Shown: positions 40,454 through 53,880 of the stretch, in pieces
How the letters are laid out: every line of letters starts with the position of its first letter
How positions within the stretch are numbered: position 1 is the stretch's first letter
Origin: Octopus vulgaris
Lineage: Eukaryota
Direction of reading: 5' to 3'
NCBI GenBank assembly: GCA_951406725.2
Contig: OX597824.1
Span: 95,728,001-95,792,000, forward strand
DNA length: 64,000 nt
Notes under the pieces: generated by a model
The model's database searches: none
Told to the model about the DNA's origin: nothing
Seen by the model: only the letters and a program-made list of their open reading frames with translations
Position numbers and translations under genes: made by a program

Positions 40454-40928
40454 GTGGTTCTGCTGCTGTTGTTACTATCACTAATTAATCGCTTGGAATC
40501 TTTTTGCCTGTTTCAATCATTAGATTGCGGCCACGCTGGAGCACCGATTTGAAGAGTTTTGTCGATAAAACTGGATCGATTCCTTCTGTGTGTTACAAGT
40601 CTACTGCGTATTCTGTTCCCTCTCTTGTGGCCGAACCGCTAAGTGGCGGGGGATGTAAATGTACCAACACTTGTTGACAAGCGGTGAAGAAAATAGACGA
40701 GCGCGCACGCACATACAAAGACACACACACACACACACAAGCGCACGCGGTAGGATTCCGTACAGTTATCTAGCAAATCAAACTCAGAAGGTCCGGGGCT
40801 ATAATTAGAAACACATGCGCTCGGTGCCGTGTAGTGGGACTGAACCTGAAACCACGTGGTTGTGGAGAGAACTTCTTAATCACACAACCGATTCTATAAC
40901 TACTACTACTACTAGTATCGATCTATAA

Positions 40929-40973
<45 letters not shown>

Positions 40974-42072
40974 AAGATATGGAATTCGTTTCCGTGCCTC
41001 GAGTCTTTGGCGTTGGTCGCTGGAAACAGGAATGGCTTCAACACAGCGCAGAATCGGCGGCCGACAGACGTGCGTAGACCGCTTTGACCCGTGGCGTGGT
41101 GACCTCAACAGGAGCCGGTTTCAGCCCCTTTCGGGTGAATGCCGTTACAAGACAAGAAGACGAGAAGGCTACTATACACGTGCCACTAATAATGGCTCCA
41201 AATTTTGGCACAAGGCCAGCAGTTTTTGAGGGGAGGGGTCAGTTGATTATATCGACTCCAGTGGTACTTGTTTTATCGACAAGGCCCCAAATTTTTAAAG
41301 AGGGTAGCCAGTCAATTAGATCGACCGCAGTATGTAACTGGTATGTAATTTATCGATCCTGAAAAGATGAAAGGCAAGGTCGACCTCGGCAGAATTTGAA
41401 CTCAGAACATAAAGATAAGGAAATACCGTTTAGTATTTTGTCCGGTGTCTTTACTACAACCAAAATAACTTCGATACTTAGCTAAAGCCCTTTATGTTCT
41501 GATTTCAAATCCCGCGGAGGTCAACGTAGCCTTTAGTCTTTCAAGGGTCGATGAAGATGAGTATTGGTCAAATACTGTGGTCGATACCCATAATGCAGCC
41601 AAGCTTGAATTACGATACACAAAGACAAGACAAGAAGACTTGGGTGCTATTTCTAGCAGATTGATCATCCGTGTAGAGGCGCCAGCGTTATGAAATTCAG
41701 TGTTGAATTCACGTAGTTCCACTGCGTAAATAAGTGGAATATTTTGTGTGCCAAAAGTTCTTTTAATGTCAAACCACATATTTCATAGCAAATCATGTAA
41801 AATGTTTGTAGTCAGATCGATTTTATGAGGTGATCAATCGAGAACAGTAAAAACAGCAACAGCAACAACATCAGCAGCAACAACAACAACAATAAATTCA
41901 ATATTGATTTTAGTTGTTTGTCTGATATCTTACACAAGAGGGCAGAGCGAAGCATACTTTTTTAAAACTCTTGATTTATTTCCAAACCTGTTATGTAAGG
42001 TTATGTGGATCGGTTAATTTAATTTAAGGATCCACTCATTTCTCTATTTAACCCCTAAGAGCTTTACAAGCG

Positions 42073-42393
42073 TACACTCCGTCGGTTACGACAGCTAGGG
42101 TTCCAGTTGATCCAATCAACGGAAAAGCCTGCTCGTGAAATTAGCGTGCAAGTGGTTGAGCACTCTATAGACACGCGTAACCTTAACGTAGTTCTCAGGG
42201 AAATTTAGCTTGACACAGAATGTGACGAGGTTGGCCTTTTTTGTATTACAGGTACTACTCATTTTTGCCAGGTGAGTGAACCGGAGCAATGAAAAATAAA
42301 ATGTCTTGCTCAAAGACGCAGCGCGTCGCCGAGAATCGAACTCACGGCTCTACGATCGTGAGCTGAATACCCTAACCACAAAGCCAAGTGCCT
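42073..42393 (-). mobile_element. SINE family C (long-tail variant)
   Basis: Homologous to 53881-54178. Confidence 0.82.
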
Positions 42394-42489
42394 TCACCCA
42401 AGGATTTTACGAGACGAGACAGAAGACGGTGGAGGACGATGCAATACAATGTGATATGACGTGGGTTTACATGGAGACGTGTAAGAAAT

Positions 42490-42870
42490 TCAAACAAGAA
42501 AAAATTTCCCAAAAGAGAAGGCTTCCGAGGACTGCTCGCGGAAACCCCACAAAATCACGATCGCCCTGTTCACTAGGGCAAGTTCCCTTTCCTCATTCCC
42601 CTTCATCAATCTTCAATCGCATCCTTAAAGCAGGTCCGTTCATTGGGACTATTCTTGCCACATTCGCCCCCCCATACAACAAATTTGCTGGAAGGCAGCA
42701 CTTCCTTCTCCATCCTCATTTTCCTTATTAAGTGAAATTTAATAAAGTTGATGAGGGTTTAGTCAAAGAGGAAGATGTCTAATTTTAGTCCTTTCAGTCC
42801 ACCATACAACCTCTTTCGTTAAAGCCAGCAGACAGATAAACACAGCCTATCCTTCTTCTCCGCCAAAGGA
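42490..42870 (-). pseudogene. Tx1/L1-like LINE ORF2 3' end relic
   Basis: The minus strand translates, with disablements, to AVFICLLALTKEVVWW...LINFIKFHLIRKMRMEKEVLPSSKFVVWGANVAR. The AK..IW-type motif resembles Tx1-clade C-termini. Confidence 0.5.
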
Positions 42871-42892
42871 AAGCGGAAAGGCTGTTGTAATA

Positions 42893-43335
42893 ATCCTTTC
42901 TACTATAAGCACCAGGCCTGAAATATGGGTGAGGGGATCAGTCGATTACATCGACCTCAGTATTCAACTGGTACTTATTCTATCGACTCCGAAAGGGATA
43001 GAAAGTCAAGTCAACCTTGGCGGAATTTGAACTCAAAATGTAAAGAGCGATGAAATGCTGTTTGGTATTTTTTCCGGCGTGCTACCGATTCTGCCAACTG
43101 GCTGCCATGGGATGTTGTAATAAGTTCACATTTTGGCAAGAGGTCACCAATTTCGGGAAGTGGCTGAATCGATTACATTAACCCCAGTATTCAACTGGTA
43201 CTTAATTTATCGCCACTGAAAGGATGAAAGGCAAAGTCGAGCTCGGCGGAATTTGAACTCAGAACGTAACGGCAGACGAAATGCCACTAAGCATTTCGCC
43301 CGGCGTGCTAACAATTCTACCATCTCGTTACCTCC
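42893..43335 (-). mobile_element. Two tandem SINE family B copies
   Basis: Copies at ~42893-43107 and ~43125-43335, delimited by tgttg(t/c)aataa repeats. Confidence 0.85.
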
Positions 43336-44369
43336 GGGTGTTGCAATAAATAGCAGACAATTTAGAAATCCTTTCATTAAAAGCTTTTTAAACTAAAGGT
43401 ACCAAAAGTCACAGAGAAGAATGGAGGCTCGATCGTCATTTTTTTCCTGTTTTTTTTTCTGGTTTTTGTCTTCTGGTTGTTTTCCTGTTAATTTTCGTTG
43501 TGAAACAATTTTAGATAATTACCAGTTTTTTTTTCTTCTTGTTCTTTTGTTTATCAGTGTGTGTAAGTGATATAAGTATGTTAGTAGCTACCGATATACT
43601 AAACAACAAGGCTTGCATGCTTGCAGCAGTGGTAATACGTTCATAATGTTTCGAAATTACGAAACGCTCGACGTAAACTGGAAACAACCTCTCTCGGCCT
43701 CTTTCACTATTTATTCAACTGACATTTCATTGGTTGGACAACATTCACACGAAACAAATAAGCAATTAGCAGTGAGTAGGGCAACATATGTTAGCTTTTA
43801 ATTGAGTAATAGGATAATGAATAACCGGCTTTTAATCAAGTAACCAGATATTTCCTATTGTTGGCGAAATTAATGAAGGTGACAATAATAATAATAACAA
43901 TAATAATAATAATATCTTTATTATTATTACTATTATTATTATTATTGTTATTATTATTATTATTATTGTTATTGTTATTATTATTATTATTTCCCCGAGG
44001 TCGACTTTTTCCTTTCATCATTTCGGAGTCGATAAATTAAGTACCAGTTGACCAGTAGGGTAAACGTAATCGACTTACCCCCCTCCACCAAAATTGCTGG
44101 CCTTGTGCCAGAATTTGAAACCATTGTAATTGTTGTTGTTGTTATTTTTTGTTGTTTTTGTCGTTGTTGATGATGATGTTTTTGCTGTATTTTGTCGCAG
44201 AAATCAAGATTGCACTTTTCTACAGGTCGACAATGCGAGTGTCACTTCCAATAGTCTTCAGTTCCTTCCGCACTGATTACAAAGTTTTTATTTACGATAC
44301 TCCGAGAATAGTTTAAGAAAATTTATACTCTATATTTGTCATAGCAAAATTACTTAGAAATTTCAAGCT

Positions 44370-44419
<50 letters not shown>

Positions 44420-44587
44420 GAGATAGGGGTTGTAAATTCAACCCTCCATGGGATAACATATATCCAATATACTGCTAGAGAAGTACCCAACAAGGCTAAT
44501 ACATAAATGTTAAAAATTGCGATGCAATTAATTCATTTACTGTATTAGGTGGGCAAAGGTAAAATTATTTTTTCCATTTTCTCATTT

Positions 44588-44623
<36 letters not shown>

Positions 44624-44787
44624 CATAATTATAATTAGGGTTCAGCAAAAATTGCTTCACCACATACCGAAATTTAGAAATAGCAGTTAAATACTATTCC
44701 ACTACCATAAGATATCTCCCAGACAGCAATACTCTCAACTCACGCAGGTAAGGAGAAAAAAATAACGAATTCACTCGGCTTTGATTA

Positions 44788-44861
44788 ACTATATACGCGT
44801 TTCTGGGTTAAAGAGATGTAAAATCATATTTCTACTCTCTTACTCCCGTCTTCAGTATAGT
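44788..44861 (-). ncRNA. Type I hammerhead ribozyme with long stem II (family 4) in a (TA)n-flanked cassette (~44621-44912)
   Basis: Minus strand ACUAUA-CUGAAGA-C-GGG...long hairpin...CCC-A-GAAAC-GC-GUA/UAUAGU: 6 bp stem I and palindromic ACGCGU stem III. Confidence 0.75.
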
Positions 44862-44937
44862 ATTTCAATTTTAAATTTGAGAGCACTGATAATTAACATA
44901 CGTACTCGACCTATATATATATATATATATATATATA

Positions 44938-45039
44938 CCCAAAAACGAAAAAGAAACACAAAAAAAAAACAACAATACGGGGACGTGGCACATGTAAAGT
45001 ATTAGCAGACGCTCAGGAAAGGAAAGAAAGGTGGTTTAA
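44938..45039 (-). mobile_element. Family 1 cassette truncated at the predicted hammerhead cleavage site
   Basis: ggacgtgg...gacgctcaggaaaggaaagaaaggtggtttaa; homology then stops. Confidence 0.65.
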
Positions 45040-47229
45040 GTAAAGCTCTGCTGTCAGGATTTGAAAAATAGGGCACATTTCCTCGTCTAATTTTATGATT
45101 TTAGGGGGGATTTTTGAAAAACAAGGGGGAATTCGCAGCAGTGTTTAGTGAACAAATTAAACACACACTCTCGGCAGTGGCTAAAAACACGAACCAATCA
45201 AGTTTATGTATAAATTTTCTTTTTATATGTTTGTTTCCTTTTACACAATATTAAAACAATGGCTAAAACTTTTCTGAAGCAGCACCCCCTCTAATTTTGT
45301 CTACGAGCCGCCACTGGAGCTGATGTGCAGCAAACATCTGATCATTTGTAAGCAAATCATTTGTGAATGTTGTTCAGCATGTAATTTCAGAATTGTTTTT
45401 CTCTGACTACGAGAGTCTACCGTACAGATTGGATTAAGCAGGACTTCTACCACTGCGCAGAACTGTAAGCGAAGGAGACACTGATTAATTATGTACCACT
45501 CTTATCTGTACCCGTTTATAACAAGACGCAGTAAGCCAGGGTAAAGACAGCATTAACTGTTTGCACAAAAGAACGTATTATGATTTTTATACACTCTTGT
45601 TGGTTTCTATATTGGCTAACGCGATAATTATGAAACGTATATATGCTTGAACTAACATTCACGTTACTCATTAAACATAACTCAATACCAGACATAATGA
45701 ACGTCAAACAGAGAGAGAGAGCAATTAACTTAAAGAGAATATGCTGGAGGTTTTGACCTAGAAAGTTGCAGAGTTGCTGAATGAATGTCTTTGTAGGTCA
45801 TAACCTGTTGGAAGCAGCAATCAAATCTCTCTCACGTTACGCTCGGCAGTTTTGAATAGGAAAAGAACACGGCAGGTAAGGTAACCTTACAAACTCATAA
45901 AAGAACCGGATGAGGGTCTGTCAGGAACAGCTAATAAATTTCTTTCAAATCGCGCTCTGAAGTCTTAAATAAGGAAGGATACGGTATATAATGTAATTCC
46001 ACACACTCTTATAAAGATCGGGTGATTAGAGCTGGACAAAATAGCATGAGAACACACCCGCCTTTCACGTTGAAAGGTTGAATCTTAGTGAGGTCGACTT
46101 CAACTTTGTTGGGTTGATTAAATAAAGTACCAATTAACTTGAGACGATTTATATTCCTGTAACGCAAGGTAATGGTATGAAGAGAATTATAATATAAAAA
46201 GAAGACTCGGACAGATTCCAAAAACTTTTCTTGAGCGTTCTATTAGATGTTAGTTTTGATGTCGATATGATATAGAAAAAAATCGGTTTTCAGTTCCAAT
46301 AACGAAATCCTTTTTCTAGTAACATCCACCATTAGATCCAACTCAATGGAATCAAAGATATTTTAAGTGGACATTCAAAAGTTGCTCTACCAAATAACTG
46401 CTTCGGCGGTGTGAAAAATATTAATTGTCAGGAATGGGAGAATTCCAAAAAAAAAAAAAGACATTCAATCAAATTTGTTCAAGAAACGTTTGTTAATATA
46501 CTTGTACAAATATAATTATAGATCACTATTTGCTTTCTTTTGAATTGCAGCTGAAAACCAACAGATAGTCTTGAGTCGACCTGAGCCTAAAGAAAAATAA
46601 CAGGCGGGAAGCTGGATCGAACTCGGAGCCTTCTAATTGCAAAACGAATTTCTTAACTAATCGGCCATTTTATGCCTAATGTTTATGGATATGGAAGAGT
46701 TAATTTCCTTACAGTTATTCATTTCTATGTATGTCAATACGAGTGTGAATGTAGTTCTTAAATAGGTTACAGGCATGTTCACAGGAGCATCGGATAAGGT
46801 CAACCTCTAGCTTCCATTCGTGACTTTCGCCTGACAGCGAAGAAGAAAGAAAGCGTCTGATATAGACATTTGGTTTCAAATTAACTTTCAGAAGAAACGT
46901 ATCTTATAAACTATTTGATCTAATTTCTCTGCAAGTTTACATTTTCAGTGAAGTAGTTTTATTAGTCTATGAAAAAAAAAAGAGTATTAATCTTATCGTA
47001 ATCCTTATTATAATCCCACGGAAGATTAAAGTATTAATTTTGCATAAAGTGACCCTATCACTAGAGAGCGCGAACATACTAATTCTGTCACATGACAGCT
47101 ATAATTGTTATCGCGCTTCTACCTTACTCTCGACTAAGAACTAAAAAAAAATCACCAAGCTTCTTTCTTTTTTTCTTTTATTGATATATGATCCGGTTAT
47201 ATTTACTTGAATTAACAGAAGGAAACTGT

Positions 47230-47520
47230 ACCCAATAAATTTGCTAAATATTTTGGAATCTCGATAACCAAACGAGTCGAAATTCGCCATGGATGATGAA
47301 TTTCAGAAAATAAAGGAAACCAAATTTACATCTGAGAAATAAAATTTGTAATAAAGAGTAAGTTTTAAACTGTGAGACAATGGTAACGAATTCTGGTTAG
47401 AGACTATTCTTTCGCCATCGTTGAAACTCAAGCCTGTTTGGAACTTGTGTGAATCAGCATTTTCTACAATTGGAATTTGTATAGGATATCGGTGTTGCCG
47501 AACAACAGGAATCTAATTAA
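47230..47520 (+). pseudogene. hAT (Buster/Charlie-like) transposase dimerisation-domain relic
   Basis: In frame from 47385: NEFWLETILSPSLKLKPVWNLCESAFSTIGICIGYR, resembling FW...YLCE.(G/A)FS...KYR. Confidence 0.5.
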
Positions 47521-47757
47521 CGCAGTACCCAAAACCCCGAGCATAAATTTCTGTAACATATCGAAGACCATGTTATTGATCATAAGTACATGGTTGTATA
47601 GGTGCCGTCACCGGGCGATGAGTAGAAAGGCGGTTTGAGCCTATTTCTCCGTGGATTATGGGCCCTGAGGTCCTTATTTGTCATCAGTTATTTCCGGGCG
47701 TTGATTAAATTATCTGCGTGAATAACAAGTAAAAAAAGATAATAATTTATGTAAATA

Positions 47758-48128
47758 GGCGCAGCGTAGCTGTGTTGTAAGAAGCATGCTGCCCAACGAC
47801 ATGGTTCCGGGTTCAGTCCCACTGCGTGGCACCTTGGGCAAGTGTCTTCTTCTATAGCTTCGGGCCGACTAAAGCCTTGTGAGTGGATTTGGTAGACGGA
47901 AAGACGGAAACAGAAAGAAGCCCGTTGTGTGCCTGTGTGTGTGTGTGTGTTTGTCTCACCATCGTTTGGTGTCTTTACGTCCCCGTAACTTAGCGGCTCG
48001 GCAAAAGAGCCCGATAGAATAAGTACTAGGCTTACAAAGAATAAGTCCCAGAGTCGATTTGTTCGACTAAAGGCGGTGCTCCAGCATGACCGCAGTCAAA
48101 TAACTGAAACAAGTAAAACAATAAAACA
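47758..48128 (+). mobile_element. SINE family A
   Basis: Near full-length copy. Confidence 0.88.
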
Positions 48129-48828
48129 GTACAGTCACGTATAAGAGTAGCTTGCACATGGATATAATTAGAATAAGTGATTGCAGATTCGTAATTACTG
48201 GTGTAATTGCTGTGTGCTATTAATTACCGTGATGCTAATCCAGATATTAGTGTTAACTCTGCTGAAAATAGAAACTGTGTCGTTAGTAAGGAATCTATAA
48301 AATTATAGGAGCATAATATTTATTTCTTTATTGTGCACAGGGGGCTAAACATAGAGGGGACAAACAAGGACAGACTACATCGACCCCAGTTTGTAACTGG
48401 TAATTATTTAATCGACCCTGAAACGATGAAAGATAAAGTCGACCTCGGCGGAATTTGAACTCAGAACTTAACAACAGGTGAAATACTGCTAGGCATTTCG
48501 CCCGACGGAGCATAAAATTAAGAGAAATGTCTGTACGTTTTCTTTCGTTGCTGTAAATTTAGGTTAAGGCATCTCAACCCGTGTCTGTACTTAGTGCATT
48601 GCTGTGAATACAGCTGAAGTGAAAGGAGAATGGCAAATGCATTGATTTACAAATTTTGCATAAATATAATAATCTATAGCAGTGTGAATTAAGGATTACC
48701 TTAAGTCACCCTTGTATGTTAATGCAAGCTTAACCTGGTTTCGCGCTCCCTGCCGCTACGATAATAATTGCTCAAATGTGGTTTCAAGTTTTGTGGGCTT
48801 TGTGAAAATTAGAGTTTCGAAAATAAAA

Positions 48829-48866
<38 letters not shown>

Positions 48867-48867
48867 A

Positions 48868-48909
<42 letters not shown>

Positions 48910-48983
48910 ACTATAAAATTGGATTTAATCCTAAATCTGATTTTTTCCCTGTAAATTTGGATTTATTCCCTAATATTTATTAT

Positions 48984-49049
<66 letters not shown>

Positions 49050-49325
49050 CATACATATGTATGTATGTGTATATATATATATACATACACACATACATAT
49101 TAATATACATGCATATGTATGCATGTGTATGTGTGTGTGTGCGTGTGTATGTGTGTGTGTGTGTGAGATACATTTATCCATGTGATCGGCTGAAAAATTG
49201 TTAAGATACTTGGATATTTTCCTAATTTTCTTAACATAAAACCAATGGTAGCCTTAATTCACAAATAGAGAAATTATATCCACAAATGCAGTGTTGAGCA
49301 CTCAGTTTCATCGTTCGACATTTAC

Positions 49326-49363
<38 letters not shown>

Positions 49364-50591
49364 AGAGTTTACGAAAAAAACAACAAAAGACGAAGACATG
49401 TGGTGTACAAAACAAACAGATGTATTAGTATATATATACACACATACGATGTGCTTCCACACAGTTTTCGTCCACCAAATTCATTTACAAGGCAATAGTC
49501 GACCCAGGGTCTATAGTAGAAGACACTTGTCCAACGTGTCATGCAGTGGAACTGAACCCAAAAACCAAACGGTTGCAAAGCGAACTTCTTCATCACACAG
49601 ACATGCCAAAGCCTATGGATGATGATTATATTTTTATTTCACCACATGGGACATAAAACATGGAGCTATTCTCCATGTTCATTCACCTTCTAGTCTCAAC
49701 TGTCAATGCAGGTCGCTCGCAGTAATTTATACTTCGACTTGATGTCGCGCATTCCTCAGTATTCTAATCTGTTGGTATTGAAACGGCCGAAGATAACACG
49801 AAATTGTGACTTACAAATTATGATACTAAAATTTTCCCCGCTGAGAAAAGACTTCAATCGTCTTCGTTCGAATTCTTGACTTCAGTCAAATACAATTTTA
49901 CCAAGTATTTGATCTAAATTCCTTGGTATTCAATAAAACAACGCCAACAACAACGACAACAAGATTACTAATTGCATATAAAGTTTGTTGATATCCAACC
50001 TGTTTTGCTGCCAGACTTCAGATGACATCTGGAATACATACACCGCCCACTTTATTTAATAAACACTGCTACACATTTAAATACAAGTTGGGAGGATTGT
50101 TGAATTTGAAATAAATGAAACTTAATCTAATATATTTTATTTAAGTAACAAGACTTTATACATGCTATTTACACACCAATTCTTCCATTTTGCTTGGTGA
50201 AATAACAAATATGTGGCTGATTATGTACATATTTGGGAAATAATTGAAATTTTTCATATTGCTGTGAAATGGTGGTTGCAAACTTTTGCACAAGGTCAGC
50301 AATTTCGGGTGAATAATAAGTCGATAACATGGACCCCAGTGCACAGCTGGTTCTTATTTTATCGACCTCGAAAGAATGAAAGGCAAAATCGACCTCGGTG
50401 GAATTTGAACTCGGAATGTAAAGACGAGCGATATGCTGCTGAGCATTCTGCCCCGTGTGCCAACGACTCTGGCAGATCTCCGCCTTACACTGCAGAGAAA
50501 TATTGAGTTTAGCCCAAATTCAGCACTTACAAAGTAGATTTATAACTAAATGTGTATCCATCCTTTTGTATATCAAGGACACAGTACTAAC

Positions 50592-50802
50592 GTTTCTTAT
50601 TTCTTTATTGCCCACAAGGGGCTAAACACAGAGGGGACAAACAAGGACAGATAAAGGGATTAAGTCGAGTACATCGACCCCAGTACGTAACTGGTACTTA
50701 ATTTATCGACCCCGAAAGGATGAAAGGCAAAGTCGACCTCGGCAGAATTTGAAATACTGCTAAGCATTTCACCCGGCGTGCTAACGATTCTGCCAGCTCG
50801 CC
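50592..50802 (-). mobile_element. SINE family B with an 18 bp target site duplication
   Basis: atcaaggacacagtacta at 50572-50589 and 50803-50820. Confidence 0.92.
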
Positions 50803-51596
50803 ATCAAGGACACAGTACTAGATTAATCTGTTACCAATAGTAGTATATGCTATGGGTTTCTCACATTCAGACATATCGAGCTAAATGTAACATTACTATA
50901 GTACTAATACGGATAGATGTACGATACTTCCTTCACCTTTTATACGAACGGTTGTGCGTTTAATGTCGATCCGATATTCAGAATGCTCCCGATGTTCAAA
51001 TACAATTTTAAAGTATGTCTGCCAGTCATCTATTCTAATGCAATAATCTTGCACCGGTTCTATTTCCATAGCAGCGTACTCGTTCAACTTTCTTGAACGA
51101 CTGGGTGTTTAAGATTGATCCAACGCTCGCATATTTCAGAGATTCAATACAATTTAAAGTACGCAAATTGCAATAATTAAACTAAACCGCAACGGTAAAT
51201 GAATCGACATCATTAGTCATTTAATTATTTATTTATTTATTTGTTATCGGATGCTAATTAATAGACTTGCCATTCTGTTCCTCTGTTTCGATGTATTCAA
51301 TAAATAATTAATCCTAATTATTATTTTTTCCTTATAAGTAAGATTAATTGAAAGAATCAAATTATTACTAAAGTGTTATAGACACCGTAGTATTAGCTAG
51401 CCTCGTTAAATCGAATCTTGATGCTCAGGTATGGCTGCGTGGTGAAGAAGCTCACCTAGCAGCCAGGGGGGGTTGAGTTCAGTCCTACAGCACGGCATTT
51501 TGGGCAAGTGTCTTCTACTATAGCCCCTTACCCCCGGGCCAACCAATGCCTTGCCTTAAGAATGAATTTGGTTGACAGAAAGTGTGAGGTAACTTG

Positions 51597-51694
<98 letters not shown>

Positions 51695-51765
51695 GAGTAA
51701 GCATGTAATGTGAAACAAGGTGGAAAAAAAGAGTACTCAAATACCAGAGGTAGAGTAATATGTTA

Positions 51766-51893
51766 TATTTAAAAGCAGCAAAAATATAACAAAAGCTGTT
51801 ACTCGGAGTTTCACGTTCCCGTTCACTGTCTGACGAACGTGAATATGAAACTCTGAGTAACAGCTTTTGTTATATTTCTGCTGCTTTTAAATA
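51766..51893. repeat. 59 bp-arm inverted repeat (head-to-head cassette duplication, family 3) between (TA)n tracts
   Basis: Arms 51766-51824 and 51835-51893 with few mismatches; loop actgtctgac. Confidence 0.92.
51826..51863 (+). ncRNA. Type I hammerhead ribozyme (family 3)
   Basis: CUGU-CUGACGA-ACGUGAAUAU-GAAACU(CUG)A-GUA/ACAG. The mirror arm preserves a perfect stem II, ACG(GGAA)CGU. Confidence 0.78.
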
Positions 51894-52292
51894 AAGTATA
51901 TATATATATATATATATATATATTGCTTGTTTCTGTCATTTGACTGCGGCCATACTGGAGCACCGTCTTGAACAGTGTAGTCGGACAAATCACACCCAGC
52001 ACTTATTTTTCTTTTAAAGTTTGGCACATATTCTATCGGCCTTTTTTTGGCAAATAGATACGGAAACAAGCCACCATCGGTTGTCAAGTGGTGAGGAAAG
52101 GATAGTCCAATGATTGAAACAAAGAGAAACAGTTTTTGTGAACAATTTCTTCTTTAAGCTAATTCCGTTAAGCAAAAAACTATAACACAAACAAAAAGTT
52201 TTAATTGTTGTAATCACAGTTTTGAAATTAATTTTATATTAGAGAATATTTAATTTGTGCATCTTAATTGTTTAACTAACAATGTTATATAT

Positions 52293-52687
52293 TCTTTTCT
52301 ACTCTAGGCACATGGCCCGAAATTTTGGCGGAGGAGGCCAGTCGATTAGAGCGACCCCAGCACGTAACTGGTACTTAATTTATCGACTGCGAAAGGACGA
52401 AAGGCAAAGACGACCTCGGCGGAATTTGAACTCAGAACGTAACGACAGACAAAATACCTATTTCTTTACTACCCACAATGGGCTAAACACAGAGGGGACA
52501 AACAAGGACAGACAAACGGATTAAGTCGATTATATCGACCCAGCGCGTAACTGGTACTTATTTAATCGACCCCGAAAGGATGAAAGGCAAAGTCGATTTC
52601 AGCGGAATTTGAACTCACAACGTAACGCAGACGAAATACTGCTAAGCATTTCGCCCGGCGTGCTAACGTTTCTGCCAGCTCGCCGCC
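52293..52687 (-). mobile_element. Two tandem SINE family B copies (B2 partial plus B1 full)
   Basis: Reverse-complement copies. Confidence 0.88.
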
Positions 52688-53028
52688 CTTAAAACTGTTA
52701 TATATTGAATTTCCATAATGTAGCATTTAGACTTTGGGCTTTTAGGTTTGGTATGAATCGGGATCAAATTCTAGAGAGGAGCGGTCCAACCATTCAAATT
52801 CGCCACATAGTTCACTATGTCTAAATTGGCATCTTGCCTGTTTAACCTTCTAAATGCTTCAAACATGTCAGCCGGCGGATAAACATCAAGCATTAGCTAA
52901 AATGATATATAGGCTATTCATTTTGATTACTCACCATTATCAGGGAGTGAGTGTTGCTATCAGAGATGATGTTAACAGGACACGAAGTGGGGGTTTGGTC
53001 CAGACGTGACTGGTTCGTCCGGATGAGG

Positions 53029-53062
53029 GTGTCTGATGATGAAAGACCCGAAACCGTTACAT
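53029..53062 (+). ncRNA. Degenerate minimal hammerhead motif
   Basis: GUGU-CUGAUGA-UGAAAGACCC-GAAAC-C-GUU/ACAU; stem II is lost. Confidence 0.4.
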
Positions 53063-53172
53063 TACTGATGATGTATTCAGGTGCATCACAGGATGATGAA
53101 TGGAAAAACTATGTTTTGGTCCTTCGTATGGCGTTGAATCCGTAAAAATATTTATAATTCGAGAAAATAGCG

Positions 53173-53321
53173 TTTTTTCTTTAATGGTAATTCTTTTTTT
53201 AATGGTAATTTTTTCTAATGGTAATTTTTTTAATGGTAATTTTTTTAATGGTAATTCGTTTTTAATGGTAATTTTCTTTAATGGTAATTTTTTTTTAATG
53301 GTAATTTTTTTAATGGTAATT
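53173..53321 (+). repeat. Minisatellite (T)n-aatggtaa, ~9 units of 15-19 bp
   Basis: Repeated ttt(t)aatggtaatt. Confidence 0.9.
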
Positions 53322-53880
53322 CAGAGCTCATTTGAGACTCGCCGCCTCACATTGCTGTGAAACATAGCGTAATGTTGGAAATGTTAAATATACCAGACTG
53401 ATTTATTGTCGTGGAGAATTACAACATAATTTTGTGTAAAGAAGTGATTCTGTCAACTGCTCCAGTTATTTCCACTGTGGGTAGAAAGTAGATATATAGG
53501 AACGGGAGAGAAAGGGAGGGATAGAGAGAGAGTGGGGCAGAGACAAAGACAAAGAGGGGGGAGAGAGGTTAGTGACATCTGTAACAGAACAGGGTGTAGG
53601 GTAGCGGTGATTTATGAAACGACAAAAACGAAGTGTTGAGTAAAAGACAATCAGGAACCGATTGAGAAATGGACAGAGAAGATCCAGGGATAAACCTGAT
53701 GACGGTAAAAGATAGATTTCAGGAGGCCTCTTTATAACATTCGCCATTCGGTGAATTTTCAAGGCGAAACGGTCGCCGGGAGATTAAGGCGAGGGACTGA
53801 CTACTGGAATTCTTGCGTGGTCGCTTGATCCAGTAGAAATAACAACCAAATTTCTTTCAAATCACATGCTTAACTTAAAT

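Noticed and set aside
39922-40552. Mucin-like poly-T/H/Y ORFs
   Set aside because: Pure TAC/CAC microsatellite with no splice or domain evidence.
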